A stretch of 64,000 nt of DNA from Octopus vulgaris (lineage: Eukaryota), in contig OX597836.1 in assembly GCA_951406725.2 (NCBI GenBank), positions 38,626,001-38,690,000 on the forward strand. Direction: 5' to 3'. Of this stretch, positions 26,414 to 40,540 are shown one piece after another. Every line of letters begins with the position of its first letter. Position 1 is the stretch's first letter. Made by a program: the position numbers and the translations under genes. The notes beneath the pieces were generated by a model that was not told the origin of the DNA, made no database searches, and worked only from the letters and a program-made list of their open reading frames with translations.

Positions 26414-26607
26414 ACTTAGAACAGTATAACTTCTATTATAGAACAGTATAATTTCTATTATACTTAGAACAGTATAATTTCTATTATACTTAGAACAGTA
26501 TAATTTCTATTATACTTATAACAGTATAATTTCTATTATACTTATAACAGTATAATTTCTATTATAGAACAGTATAATATCTATTATACTTAGAACAGTA
26601 TAATTTC
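26414..26607. repeat. 26/22-bp hairpin minisatellite, ~8 copies
   Basis: Unit TAGAACAGTATAATTTCTATTATACT; 22-bp variants lack 4 nt. Confidence 0.95.
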
Positions 26608-27909
26608 AGGATCTAAACAACAACACAGTAGGAGTTGTTGTTTAGATCCTGTTGAGTACTAACTGAGCTGGTATTGCTGGAGTCAGAATGCTTCTAAGCT
26701 GTGCCCAACCCATTTGTTTCCACGTGTAGCATACATCTAGACTACTACCAAGTCCAGTCCTTGTTGTGGGGAGGTAACTTGTGTGCCTTGATAACACTGG
26801 AAGCCATGCCAGCAGAACACAAGTTCTTTGAAGGAGCTCCCATGCTGGATAGGTCAAAGGGTAGGAGTCAAATTAATATGGAACACTTTTTCCTAGAGGT
26901 TAAAATGAACATGCCAAGGAGTTTAATGAATTTCTTCTGAATGCCTGTGCAAAATACTGCATACTGACTAGGCCATGCACCTTCACATATATACATGTGG
27001 CGGGGGTGTGTGAGTATGTATGTACATATATATACACTCACACACAATCAGCTTTTGTCAATCAAATCCACTCACAAGCTTTTGGCTGCCCTGAGGCACA
27101 TAGTGGGAGACACTTACCCAAGGTGCCATGCAGTGGGACTGAACCCAAGACCACATGTTCGGGAAGCGAGCTTCTTAGTCACACAACCACATTTGTGCCT
27201 TCCACACCCACAGCATAACAACAAATAGAAACTTTCACCATTTCAGTGGAATCGAGGAAACCACTGCAGCATTTTATGTTCTAATTAAAGTTACCCGACA
27301 ATTATCTGATCTCTGTTTTGGCAATATCACAGACGAAATGTATTACAAGACATTCGATGGTTATCATTAAAAGATATTTATATGCTTTAATGGTAACATT
27401 ATCAGGACAACACACTAACACTAATCCCACACAATTCATAACCAGAAGACAGAAATGCCCTGGTAATCTTTCAATATATTAACATAATTATCATCACTGT
27501 CATCATTTAATGTCCACCTTCCAAGCTTGTCTCGGTCAGATGATATGGATTTTGTACAGCTAGATGTCTTTCCTGTCACCAGCCCACACGTGTTTCCTAG
27601 CAAGGTCAAATTTCCCCCCGTGGCTAGCAGACATGTTGCACAGAAGACTGCAAACTTGATACCACTTATATATGAACACGACACTCATTTACAACTAAAA
27701 TGCTTGTCAAAACAAAGAGACACAAGCATACACTCGTGTACATATATATATATATATATATCAGCAAAAATTTAGATTCAAATTAATATGGTACTTAATT
27801 TAGATGCACCAGAATTCTGTATGGTGTTATCCATAAAAATTTGCTGGGTGATTATAATCAAAATAAGCAACAAGAATGATTCCAGAGTCATTCTTGTTGC
27901 TTATTTTGA

Positions 27910-27955
<46 letters not shown>

Positions 27956-28029
27956 GTATTTATACACATGATTAGATATAGAGTCAAATCAAATAAATGA
28001 ACATTGAAATTAACTATAACAGACAACAA

Positions 28030-28313
28030 GAATTCGAATCTTCACCAGACTCTCCTCACTTGTGATGAAAATGTAACTCAAAGGTCACTGTTTTAACACC
28101 ATTGCTGAGATCTAAAGTGTATCACAGAAGGTCTTCGACTCGCTCACAGAAAACAACTTCCAGGCCAGATTCCAAAAGTCACAGGAACGCTGAGACCAGT
28201 GTATTGTTGCACAGGGTGATTGATTCAAAGGTGATGATGTTAAAACTTGGGCAAGTAGGTTATTTTTTATTAAGCATGACTAGTCCAAGAACTTTTGTGA
28301 TAACCATCTTATA
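28030..28313 (+). pseudogene. Mariner transposase C-terminal fragment and 3' end
   Basis: KGHCFNTIAEI*SVSQKVFDSLTENNFQARFQKSQER*DQCIVAQGD*FKGD; TIR-like AGTCCAAGAACTTTTGTGATAACCATCTTATA. Confidence 0.75.
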
Positions 28314-29522
28314 CTCTATATCTCAATAAAACGCCAATCATGATAGGTCTGCTCAACGAGGGTTGTTGACCTGAGACCAAATAGCCAACTCAAACCATTC
28401 AGTTTTAAACTTTTCTCATAAAAATATATCGTGAACAGAAACCGTTATTCATAGATAACTTGGACTTTTTGTTTGCGTCTCCCGTTGCCTCAAAGCCATT
28501 AATAACCACGTAGCACATAAAATAAAGGAAACATACAGGGACTAAACGGTGACTATAACGGAGATAAGAGCAACATGAGTGAGTTTACTATTGTTATGAG
28601 GAAACAAAAAATGCTTCAGAATAGTCATTAGTGAAAGCAGCTAAAGAGAATATAAAATAACAAACCATAAGCTATGGAGTGTGGATTTGGAAGATTTATG
28701 GTAATAGTGATACTTGGCATACATCACTTAGTATATTAAAATGGTGTAATGAGAAGTCTAACTACTTTCAGCCCTTCTTATCATTACAGCTTAATTGCCA
28801 GCGTGGATATATGTTCTACGATAATGAGGTAAATGTTGGGAACTTTACTAGTCATATAATAGTTCCACATCACCAAACATCTCATTGGTATTCATTAACG
28901 CCAAGTTCTTCACAAAACCGAACGTGTTAATTATTACACTTCAGACTTGGTCAGTTTTGAAACTGCTGAGAGAGAAAAATATCATTTGGTAAAACATTAA
29001 GTTCCATTTTCCAAAGCATCTAATTGTAATGAAGCATAGTTGCTACGGTGATAAATTATTCAGATAATATCTAACCAGAAAGATGAAAAATATTAACACA
29101 TTCAGTCAGATGATTATATTACATCTGTTAAAAAAAATAAAAAAAACATTTAGTATTTAAGCTGTAACTTAATACTCACAAAACCAAAGTAGATTTCTAG
29201 CAAATAGAAAATAAATTGTAATAAAAACGATGATCGCTTCTCTTATTTAACCCTATCCTGTATACAGATTCCTAAAAATGTTTGCGAAAAGACAAAAAAT
29301 GCAATTTATATACAGCTTATTCTCATAATGAATTCTTCAGAAAATTTTGATCTAATTGTCATTTTATAAAAGAAAAATAATTTACTCAGCAGGCACAGTT
29401 GTATGGTTTAGAAATTTGCCTAGAAAACTCATGGTACCTGGTTTGATTCCAGAGCACAGCACCTTGGTTAAATTTATATATTATCATCATTATCAAAGCC
29501 TCAAACTGACCAAAACCTTGTA

Positions 29523-29771
29523 CACAGGCCTGGAAACAGGGGATACACTTGCACTAGTTAAAATTTGCTGGGGATGCAAGATCAAAATTTACACTCCTAC
29601 ATTACTCAGATTTAGAAAATGATGTTTAAAAATTAATCTGTAAAAAGTAGCTTGAAGTTAGGTTTCTTCTCAAAGAACAAAAAGTAAACAAAAAAACAAT
29701 AAGACCTTGTTTGTAAAAAATTCTGGACCTGGGTTTGCACCTCCTAAGCAAATTTCATTCCCAAATCAGTG
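29523..29771. mobile_element. hAT MITE inserted in a family B SINE
   Basis: 8-bp TSD ACCTTGTA (29515-29522) and ACCTTGTG (29772-29779); homologous to 43778-44049. Confidence 0.8.
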
Positions 29772-30696
29772 ACCTTGTGAGTGGAATTTGAGAAAGAACG
29801 GAAGCATGAATGTGTCTATTTGTAGGAATACACACAATGAATATAAACTTTATTATTGAACAGAAATCTATTGAGTGCGATCCTGTAATTTCTCTGGAAG
29901 TATCAAGTGTCTGTGGATTTATTTAATAAATGAGTGAATTCTTACAAAATGAATTGCAGAAAAAAATCAATGTTACAATCTAAACTTATTTGTGGTGTAG
30001 GAGACACTAATAAAATACTTCAATAAATGTCACTTAAAATTAGCTTTATGATTTATTATTAAAATTATTACTGAAAGTGTTTGTCAAAAATTTCTTCATA
30101 GATTTTTTTTTTTACTTTTAACTCTTTAAGTCCTAATACTTATTTCTTACGTTTATATATTTGTTTTGCAAGATTTTTGATGTGAAATCGTGTGAAGACA
30201 CAATAGGAATACAAAATACAAAATGGCTGACCGTTAGTAACGAGAGACACACAACTAAGAAAGAAGAAAGCAAAGGACCACCGATGAGGTCACAGGAGTG
30301 TGATGAAAGAACTCTAGCCGAAATAAGATTAAGATTAATGTAAAAAATAAATAACGCTGAAGCAAAGTAACACCAAATATATAGTGCGTGTGTTTTTATT
30401 GGCTAAACTGGCAAAATGACCATTCCTAAATACAAAAATACTTATTTCTTACTTTTCAATTTTAAGATGTCTTGAAATTAAAGCTGAGTGATGAGCTTTA
30501 AAGGACAATATTGAATACTTGCATGTAATTAATGAGAGAGAGAGAGAGAGAAGTTAAGGGAATGTAAACAAACCAACACTGGTTGTCAAGCAGGAATGGG
30601 GCAAACACACACACACACATATATTCTTTTATGTCACTTGTTAAGATTATCTCTATAGATATTCTATAGAAAATACAGCCAACACTGATTTTTATA

Positions 30697-31101
30697 GAAT
30701 GACCCGCTGTTCTTGAGGAGACCTGTTGAGTCAAGTTCGTCAACATCGAAAAATTCAAATGGAAATTGTAGTTAAGACACCCGTGCCGGTGAGCACGTAA
30801 AAAGCACCATTCGAGCGTGGCAGATACTAGCGTTGCCTGACTGGCGTCCGTGTCAGTGACACGTAAAAAGCACCAACCGATCATGGTCGTTTGCCAGCCT
30901 GCTCTGGCTCCTGAGCCGGTGGCATGTAAAAAGCACCCACTACACTCACAGTGTGGTTGGCGTTGGGAAGGGCATCCAGCTGTGGAAACACTGCCAAATC
31001 AGACTAGAGCCTGGTGCAGCCTCCATGGCTTACCAGACCCCGGTCGAACCGTCCAACCCATGCTAGCATGGAAAATGGACGTTAAATAATGATGATGATG
31101 A
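30697..31101 (+). mobile_element. Family D element in sense orientation
   Basis: ...GGCGTTGGGAAGGGCATCCAGCTGT...CCCATGCTAGCATGGAAAATGGACGTTAAA-(TGA)n. Confidence 0.88.
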
Positions 31102-31433
31102 TCTATAGAGATGACCTTAACAAGTGATGTAAAGTGCACTGCTAACACAGTAGTTAGTACACGGTATTGACTTATAAAAACGCTTAATATACTTTATACT
31201 ATATTATGATTGCATAATATACTATGGTATATTATGGTTGCATATACTTTGTGGTATATTATTGTTGTCCCTGCAAGTCATTAATTCATTTCAGCCATGT
31301 AGCTGCGGTCAAGCTGGAGCACCAGAGTGATTTTGAAATATGGAACACTTCACAAATTTGCATGTTACAGTTGTGCAGGGGCCATGGTATTCTTCTCTGT
31401 ATTGTTCCAATTTTAGCATATGTATTTCTGAAG

Positions 31434-31482
<49 letters not shown>

Positions 31483-31533
31483 TTCATACATACATACATA
31501 CTACACATACATACATACATACATGCATATATA

Positions 31534-31984
31534 CAGGTCATCGTTGACTTACAACCACAATTGGTTCCAACTGGCTGGTTGTAAGTCAATCTGGTCCTAA
31601 GTCAGCCTATAAGCTTTGTTTTATATTTTTACATTCTTAAGGTACATTCTTGAGTAAAAGTCACATACAGCATTCTGTATTATACTATTATACTGGTGTT
31701 TGTAAAAAAAACTTTGGGGTCTCAAGCAGTCATCTTATAAACAAATATGAGGTTGCCTTGATGTCTTTGCAACAAGATAATCATCCAACATAGTGGCAAT
31801 CGATAACCAAACCTAGGGCATATGTTTGTTAGCTGACATCATCTGTAGATGGGTTAATTTCTAAGAAATTAAACCCATTAGATTTCAGCTGGACTATTTA
31901 TTATTGCTACTGGGAGCTGGCATGCCAATCATCATTAAGTCAATTGATTGTAAATTGGATAGGTCGTAAGTCGATGATGACCTA
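31534..31984. mobile_element. Tc1/mariner-superfamily (pogo/Tigger-like) MITE
   Basis: TA|CAGGTCATCGTTGACTTACAACC ... GGTCGTAAGTCGATGATGACCT, a ~23-bp TIR pair with subterminal GTAAGTC repeats. Confidence 0.75.
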
Positions 31985-33199
31985 CACACACACACACACA
32001 CACACACACAAGATTGGCTTACTCACAGTTTCTTGGAGAGGCACAAGCACCTACACACACCTACAGTAACTTCCGCCTACCAAATTCAATCACAAAGCTT
32101 CGGTCAGTCCGGGGCTATAGCAGAAGACACTTGCCCAAAGTGCCACACAGTGGGACTGAACCCGAAACCATGTAGCTAAGAAGCAAGCTCCCTAACCACA
32201 CAGTCATATCTACCGTATTCACTCACAAGACATCGGTTAGCCCAGGGCTATTGAAGATACTTGCCTAATGTACCGTCTAGAAGAATTGAACCCAAAACCA
32301 CATGGTGGCAAAGCAAGCTTTTTAACCACACAGCTATGTTTGTGCCTGTTTTATCAACTCCAAATGGAAGAAATGAAAATTGAACCCCAGTAGAATTTGA
32401 ACTCAGAGCCTAGAAAACCTCAACAAATGCCTCTTCACAACTCTGCTTTCCAAGTTGCAGCTTCATGACTACCACTTTGCTTAGCGGATCATTTTTCACA
32501 GAAAACTATCACAAAAAGGAATGTTCTTTATGTATTTCAACAAAAATTACTCTTGCTAAATCTATAAAATAAGATTTGATTTGAAATAGCATATTTTGGA
32601 TTAAATTGAACTGGTTGCATTTGTTTTTCTTTCAGATGTTTCTATAATCAGAGATGCTTGTCAAGATCACTTAGTGGATTATACCATGAATTAGCATTCA
32701 AAATAGACAAATAAATAAATAAATAAATAAAAGTACAGGTCGACTCAAATCAAGTGGCAAATAATACAGCAACAGTTAAAACTGTAGTCGTATTTTTTTA
32801 ATCTCCTTTTCAGAGAGTTAACTCAATCTGTCCCTGACTATTACTACCAACAAATTAACTCAAAACAGCGTTATTCATTTTTAATTCCTAAAAATCCTCT
32901 ATTATACTCAAATGAACAACAACAACAACAAGAATAAAATATAATTCAGAGAGTGGATATACATCATAATTGATAAACAAAGAAAATGACAAGCCAACTT
33001 CTCAATGTCTTCATATCAGATTTGATTTATTTTTTCAAATCATTTTATTTAAACTGATAGCCTATATTCAATATCTTTCATTCTAAAACTTAATTTCCTC
33101 CATATGGTATTTTATTTCAACTTTCTTTCTCGCAGTATCCATAACTACCTCCTCCTCTCCTACTTAAATCTGTTCTCATAAATTAAGTATCTTCTACCT

Positions 33200-33720
33200 C
33201 GGTACAGACATGAATGTGTAGTTAAGACGTCGGTTTCCCAACCACATGCACACTTCTGAATGGCATGTTGAACAAGTATCTTCTACTATAACCCCAAGCC
33301 AATCAAAGCCTTGTGAGTGGATTTGGTAGGCAGAAACTGAAAGAAGCCGGCGAGCTCTAATTTCCAGTAACTGACCATCCACTAGGACAATGAATATATA
33401 TGGCATGTTGAACAAGTATCTTCTACTATAACCCCAAGCCAACCAAAGCCTTGTAAGTGGATTTGGTAGGCAGAAACTGAAAGAAGCCGGCGAGCTGGCA
33501 GATACATTAGCACGCCAGGCAAAATGCTTAGCGGTATTTCATCTGCTGTTACATTCTGAGTTCAAATTCCGCCGAGGTCGACTTTGCCTTTCATCCTTTC
33601 AGGATCGATAAAATAAGTACCAATGTAATCGACTTAGTCCCTTTGTCTGTCCTTGTTTGTCCTGTCTATGTCTAGCCCCTTCTGGGCAATAAAGAAATAA
33701 GAAACTGAAAGAAGCCTGTT
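33200..33720 (+). mobile_element. Family B SINE containing a family A SINE (33488-33700) and a local duplication
   Basis: TSD GAAACTGAAAGAAGCC at 33473-33488 and 33701-33716; 33261-33356 is repeated at 33401-33496. Confidence 0.85.
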
Positions 33721-34296
33721 GTATGTATGTATCTCCTTGTGTTGACATCATGTGGGAGTTGTAAACGATTGCCACTACCATGCAAGCAATGTCATTCATT
33801 TCCAATATGTCTAGCCACAAAGAAATATTGCTTTCTACTATAGGCACAAGGCTTGAAATTAATGATAGTTGGTGCCTCTCATATTCAAGTGGGTTTTTTT
33901 GTTCTGCTTTCTTCTTGTGTTAAATTGCCTTTAGCTCTATGATAAACTCCCCACACATCCCATTAATTAGGATATTTATGTGACATTGTTTCATCATGGC
34001 TTTCATAGCTAATAATACCTAGTCACTGCTTCTTACACAAACTTTACTGGTGTTAAGGTCCCCCATCTTGAACATGTAAGTATCTCTAAAATTTGTAGAA
34101 TGTTGCAAGATTCTCAGATATGGTTTCATTACATGAAAAGAAAAAAAAATTTAACTGGCACTCAGGCAGTTACAACGATGGGGGTTCCAGTCGATCTGAT
34201 CAATAGAACAGCCTGCTTATGAAATCAACCTGCAATATGCAAGAGGCCGAGCACTCTAATTTCCAGTAACTGACCATCCACTAGGACAATGAATAT

Positions 34297-34530
34297 ATAT
34301 TTCTTTACTGCCCACAAAGGGCTAAACATAGAGGGGACAAACAAGAACAGACAAACGGATTAAGACGATTACATCGACCCCAGTGCGAAACTGGTACTTT
34401 ATTTATCGACCCCAAAAGGATGAAAGGCAAAGTTGACCTTGGCGAAATTTGAACTCGGAACGTAACGACAGACGAAATATGGCTACGCATTTCGTCCGGC
34501 GTGCTAACGTTTCTGCCAGTTCGCCACCTT
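34297..34530 (-). mobile_element. Family A SINE
   Basis: Full family A motif set on the minus strand. Confidence 0.88.
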
Positions 34531-36278
34531 AATCGTTGACTAACCCTGTCAGCCACAGCCAAGGGGATATAAACCCATGTTTGTACCGGAGCTATAGAGC
34601 CAATACCTTTTAAAATGTATATTCTACAAACAGAAAGAGATTTATTGAAAAACAATTGACAGACACATAAAAACTTGGGTTGGGTTATGTTTAAAACTGA
34701 CAAGTCTTCCATCTAATCCCAATATTGAGCTTTGATTAGACATTTTCCCGTTATTGCTTTTATTCATGCAGGACATCACTTTTACTTTCGGTTTATAAAT
34801 TATGAACATCGCTTCCCATTTCGTTTTCAACTTCAAAACTGCCATGCTTGTCGACTGATGCTAAATTCTAAATTGCCTTTTGAGAAACATTTGATTGAAG
34901 TCCCAGAATATTCGAATCCCTGCAATACTTCTGCAGTTGTGAACATCCTATACCTTTGCTTTTCCCCATCAGATGTGTCTGATTGTGATGTACTTTGCTT
35001 CACGGTAAAAATAAATAAACAAACAAAAAAAAACAAGAATAATTCTAAAGAGCACCTTATATTCAAGCAGACATTTAAAAAAACAAAAAACACCCTGTAG
35101 TGTCAAAATATCTTATTCTGACTAATTCCTTTTTTGTTTGATTTGATCTTAAGACAAACTAAAATTTTCTCACAATATTGATAATTTGGCAGAGTTTCAA
35201 GTCTGAACTTCCTATTATACCAAGAATATGGTCTGACAGAGTTTAGTGTCAAACATAGCACTTTAGCGAGTAGGGGCAAGTTCAATCCCTTCGGCCCATC
35301 AAATATAACTTACTCTAATCTGATTCCAGTCGAATGAACAAGCAACCATAATGAGGGAGATAATAGTAGACTTCTTGGCATGGACAACAGAATATGAACA
35401 ATCTACTCCTATGGATTTAGTAAAAGGTCCCAGTGGAGTTTACAATGGTCAAAACATGGTTACTTTAATGACCAAGATCACAATATTAGACTGACTAAAT
35501 CAGTGTATAGCTTCTACATTGCCAAATAATTTAATGACTTATTAATCTCTTAACTCTCAAATGACAATTTCTTTTAACTCTTATCGGTTAATTGCTTCAG
35601 TCATTAGACTGTGGCCATGTTGGGGCACCACCTGGCAGAATTTTTAGTTAACAGAATTGACCACAGTACTCAATACTTGTTGTAAAGCCAGGTACCTATT
35701 CTAAATCTGGCTTATTTTTTACAGCCAGATGCCTTTCCTGTCACTAACTCTCACCTGTTTCCAAGTAAGGTAATATTTCTTCAAGAGGTGGCAAGCTCAT
35801 AGAATTGTCTTTTTTAAGCTGTGGGGATTTAAACACACCAACACCAGTGGTTACCAAGCAGTGACGGGGAAGCCAAACAAATATACAAAGACACACACAT
35901 GACAAGCTTCTTTCAAACTCTCTTCCCTGAACAAAAAAAAACCCCACTTGAATATGAGAGGGGTACTGTTTGTAGAAGGCACCAACTATCACAGTCAGTA
36001 TTTGAACATCAGCACAATATTCCAAAACACATGCAAAATACACTTGGAACACTGTTATATCCTTCCCTCTCAATCCAGACAAGTAATTCTTTGGGAAAAG
36101 GGTTGACTCTTCCAAATCCACTCACAAAGCTTTAGTCGGCCCAAAGCTTATAGTAGAGGACATTTTGCCCAAGGTGCCATGCAGTGATATTGAACACAGA
36201 ACCATGTACTTGGAAAGCAAACATCTTACCATACAGCCACATCTACTCTTATGTAGCACTTTTCTTCTTTAGAGTCTA

Positions 36279-36676
36279 CTAGCAGTATCGCCCGGCGTTG
36301 CTCGGGTTTGTAAGGGAAATAACTATATAAGCATTTTTAGAGAGTTATAGCCAAAAAATAGCAAAAAAATGCATTAAAAATGGAAAAAAATGATGGTAAA
36401 TTTTTTTTTAAATCATTGACTCATCGTAGACATTTTTAGAGAGTTACTTCCCTTATATAATATCGAAAAAATGCATTAAAATGGAAAGAAATGAAGATAA
36501 ATTTTTTTTTTAAATCGTAGACTCATCGTAGACGTGCGCTAATACCCAGAAGGGCTTGATATGAATCACGACTATAAGATACCCGGTTTTGGTTAAACTG
36601 CACCGCAAAATGTGGGAGTAGTTAGGAACCTAAATCGTAGGAGACAGACACACAACCTTACTTTTATATATAAAGA
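36279..36676 (-). mobile_element. Non-autonomous Helitron
   Basis: Minus strand: 5' A|TCTTTATATATAAAAG; 3' hairpin CCCGAGCAACGCCGGG followed by CTAG|T; inserted between A and T with no TSD; internal ~110-bp direct repeat. Confidence 0.85.
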
Positions 36677-36891
36677 TTACTCTTGCAGTACTATAAAAGT
36701 GCATCTGGACAATCTACTTCAGTCTGTGCTCATGGAGCCGTATCTCCAGCAACTAAACAGACCAACAACCAACACACTAATGCATTTTCATGTCTGTTAC
36801 ATATGCTATACAATGAGATAGCGTCAGTGTCCTTTCCAAGATGCAGACTAGGATAAAATTGCATAGGAAACCAGCAGTTGTTCCCCTACTC

Positions 36892-37082
36892 CAGCAGTAT
36901 TTCGTCTGCCGCTACATTCTGAGTTCAAATTCCGCCGAGGTCAACTTTGCCTTTCACCCTTTCGGGGTCGATTAAATAAGTACCAGTTACGCACTGGGGT
37001 CAATATAATCGACTTAATCCGTTTGTCTGTCCTTGTTTGTCCTCTCTGTGTTTAGCCCCTTGTGGGTAGTAAAAGAAATAGG
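36892..37082 (+). mobile_element. 5'-truncated family A SINE
   Basis: GAGTTCAAATTCCGCCGAGG...GCCTTTCACCCTTTCGGGGTCG...GTAAAAGAAATAGG. Confidence 0.85.
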
Positions 37083-37383
37083 TTTTCTCTAAGGTAAGGA
37101 CAAGGGCTGATACAGAAGTTGCCAGAACAAGGTTGAAGGCAACAAAGGACTTGCCTTGGGGACCACAGCTCTGGATTCAATTGCGAAGTTTATTCCTGAA
37201 GCCTTTCCTACAATTTAGTATAGTCATGAGGTAGCGGGTTTTTCCTCTCTCTTAGATTAGCTGTCTTTCCAGGTTGATAAATCCCAGTCACACCAACAGC
37301 AGTTTTATACACAGTGGAAAATAAACAAAGTAGGTTTTTTTTTATATTTTAGCATCATTAGTTCATCTTAGTTGTTATCAATT

Positions 37384-37414
<31 letters not shown>

Positions 37415-37849
37415 ATGCTAATATATATCCTTCCACTGAAGTAAAATATACCAAAACCAGACATCGAAATGGGAAAAAAATAAATATTACTTAAGTGCAT
37501 TATATAGCTACACACACACACAGACACACACATTACTTGAACAAGCAAGTTTGCAAAATTTGTTCAGAAAAAAATATACAATGTATCACATCCAACACAC
37601 ACACACACACACATATATATACAGTTTTTTTTTCATCTTAACCTATGCTTCTTTATTTGTAATTCCGAGAGAGAGAGGGAGAGAGGTGGAGAAAGTACTT
37701 TGTCTTATCACTTCACTTCTACCCATCCTTCCCTGCCCACCATTACAGACAGACAGCGAAGCAGTCTAAATTGTCGAGAGATGAACAAATTCTGTGAAAA
37801 TATCAGACTGGGATCAATCAGAACATTATTCCACACACACACACACACA

Positions 37850-37895
<46 letters not shown>

Positions 37896-38589
37896 CACAT
37901 ATAAATAAATAAATAAATAAATAAATTCCACAGTTAAAAGTGTATCGATCAAGATTTTCCCGAGCTTTTTCTTCAACCTATCACTTGGTTGAAGGAGGTA
38001 TTATGGTAAAGTAAAGGCTTACGATATATAATAATAATAAGTTTCCTTCTGGGAATTCCTACCATCGTTTAGGAATGGGAAAAAAAAAAAATAAAAAGAA
38101 TTTCCTTTATTTTATTCTTTCTTTCTTTCTTTCTATCTCTCTCTCTCTCTCTCTCTGCAAACTGCTTCCATTTACTAAGATTTGGTAAGTGTTAAGTGAA
38201 AGAGGAAAGATATTGATTGGGGACCAGTTGACAGATAAGGCAGCTGTTAGTAGGAGGGAAACAGTTTTAAAGTACTTCAATCACTAATATTGACAATAAC
38301 TTTTTCTGAAGGCTTTTTTTGTTTCTTTCGAAGCCGAGTACATCGTTAATAAAATAATATAGTCACAGTAATGTTTATTATATTGACAAACTCTACAGCT
38401 TCCCTTTTCATCTGAACGCTTAATATTATTTAAATGTTACTTTTATGTTCAAAGTCAGTCATTTAATATTCAAGTCTTATACATAAAACAATATGGACAG
38501 TCAATAGATTTCGTGGTTTAGAAAGGGTCTGTATGAGAAACATACTAACTTTTGGCTTTTTTTGTTAGTTTTTTTTCTCTTTTTTTTAG

Positions 38590-39515
38590 GGTCTATGTAG
38601 GCAAATATTGGCAGAGTGTGTGTGGATAATCATTAGTAATTTCGTGAGGGTCTGTGTGGGTAACATTGATAATTTAGTGATGTACTGCATGGGCAAACAT
38701 TGATATAGTTTAGTAGAGGTTTATGTGGGAAAACATTGATAGTTTGGTGGGATTTGTGAGGGCAAACATTAGTGATAGTCTGTGTGGATAATCCATTAGT
38801 AATTTAGTGAGGGCAACATTGATAATTTAGTGAGGTACTGCATGGGCAAACATTGATATAGTTTAGTAGAGGTTTATATGGGAAAACATTGATAGTTTAG
38901 TGGGATTTGTGAGGGCAAACATTAGTGATAGTTTGTGTGGATAATCATTAGTAATTTAGTGAAGGTCTGTGTGGGCAACATTGATAATTTAGTAAGGGTT
39001 TATGGAGGCAACATTGCTAGTAGTTTAGTAGAGGTACTCATATTATTTCTTTATTGCCCAGTAGGGGCTAAACTCAGAGGGGATAAACAAGGACAGACAA
39101 AGGGATTAAATCAATTACATCAACTCCAGTGTGTAACTGGTACTTAATTTATCAACCCCGAAAGGATGAAAGGCAAAGTCGACCTCGGCAGAGTTTGAAC
39201 TAGGAACATAACGGCAAATGAAATATCACTAAGCATTTCGCCCAGCGTGCTAACGTTTCTGCCAGCTCGCCGCCTAGTAGAGGTACTCATGGTCAAACAT
39301 TGGTAATTTAGGGGGATTTGTGTGGGAAAATGTTGATATTTATCAGAGATTTGTGGAGGCTAACTTCCCAATGGATTGAAAATAAGAGGTGTCAATAGAA
39401 TTGATAGTTTATTGAAAGTTTGGGTGGGCAAACGTGGATAGTTTAGTAGAAGTTTGTGTGGGCAAACAGTGATAGTTTAGTATAAGTTTGTTTATACTTT
39501 AGATAGTTTAGTATA
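38590..39515. repeat. Degenerate ~35-bp minisatellite with a ~160-bp higher-order duplication, split by a family A SINE (39042-39274, -)
   Basis: Unit approximately TGTGTGGGCAAACATTGATAGTTTAGTAGAGGTT; SINE TSD TAGTAGAGGTACTCAT at 39026-39041 and 39275-39290. Confidence 0.85.
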
Positions 39516-39802
39516 ACTTTCTAGGTGCAATCCCACGGTCAGTCATGAAGGGGGTCTAAGGAGAAGAGCATTCCAGCTGTTCTGTCAAATGCAATACTTA
39601 TTTATTCACATTGCTTGGGATTAATCATGCATTACCTTGTAGATTTGGTATTTGAGTGACACAGTTGTTTATTTTTAGAATAATATTGTAGGGTAAGTGT
39701 GAGAGGCAGGATCTGGCAAATTTCTGTTAACCCAATTTCCTTCACAAGGCTCAAATCCATCTCAGGACGAGATGTTACAGAATGAGATTGAATCAGGGTT
39801 TT

Positions 39803-40180
39803 CATCATCATCATCATCATTTAACATCCGTTTTGCATGCTAGCATGGGTTGGACAGTTCGACTGGGGTCTGGGAAGCCAGGAGGCTGCACAAGGCTCAT
39901 CTCGCAGTGTTTCTACAGCTGGATGCCCTTCCTAATGCCAACCCCTCCATGAGTGTAGTGGGTGCTTTTAACATTCCACCAGCACAGGTACGAGGCGAAG
40001 CTGGCAGTGGCCACGATCGGTTGGTGCTTTTTACATGCCACTGGCACAGAAGCCAGTCAAGACAAAGAATATATATGGCATTGGCGACGTTCGGATGGTG
40101 CTTTTTACGTGCCACCGGCACAGGTATCACAACTACAATTTCCATTTGATATTTATTTTGATGTTGATGTACTTGACTCA
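39803..40180 (-). mobile_element. Family D element
   Basis: Family motifs; flanking GGTTTTCATCAT near 39797 and 40182 (candidate TSD). Confidence 0.85.
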
Positions 40181-40503
40181 AGGTTTTCATCATTATGAAA
40201 TGAACTTCCTTTTCAGATGATTTCAACATCCCATTGAGGATAGAATATTAAATCAATGCATTATTTCCAATTGAATAGCACCAGTATTTTTAATATAACA
40301 TATGTTTAAAAATAGGGACCAATGGCAATACAAACTTTGCTCTATTGTTGTATCATTATTTATGGCAGAAACAGGCAAAATGTACTTACAATACTTAATC
40401 ACATCCATTTACAGTAGGAATTCAAAATCTCACAGGATTCATCCCTCAAGGAACAACAAAATAAGTTCCAGTAAAAGAGTCGCATTTGATAAATTGATTC
40501 TGT

Positions 40504-40540
<37 letters not shown>

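Noticed and set aside
38100-38195. Possible untranslated exon ending TTG|GTAAGT
   Set aside because: A lone consensus donor is expected by chance in 64 kb.
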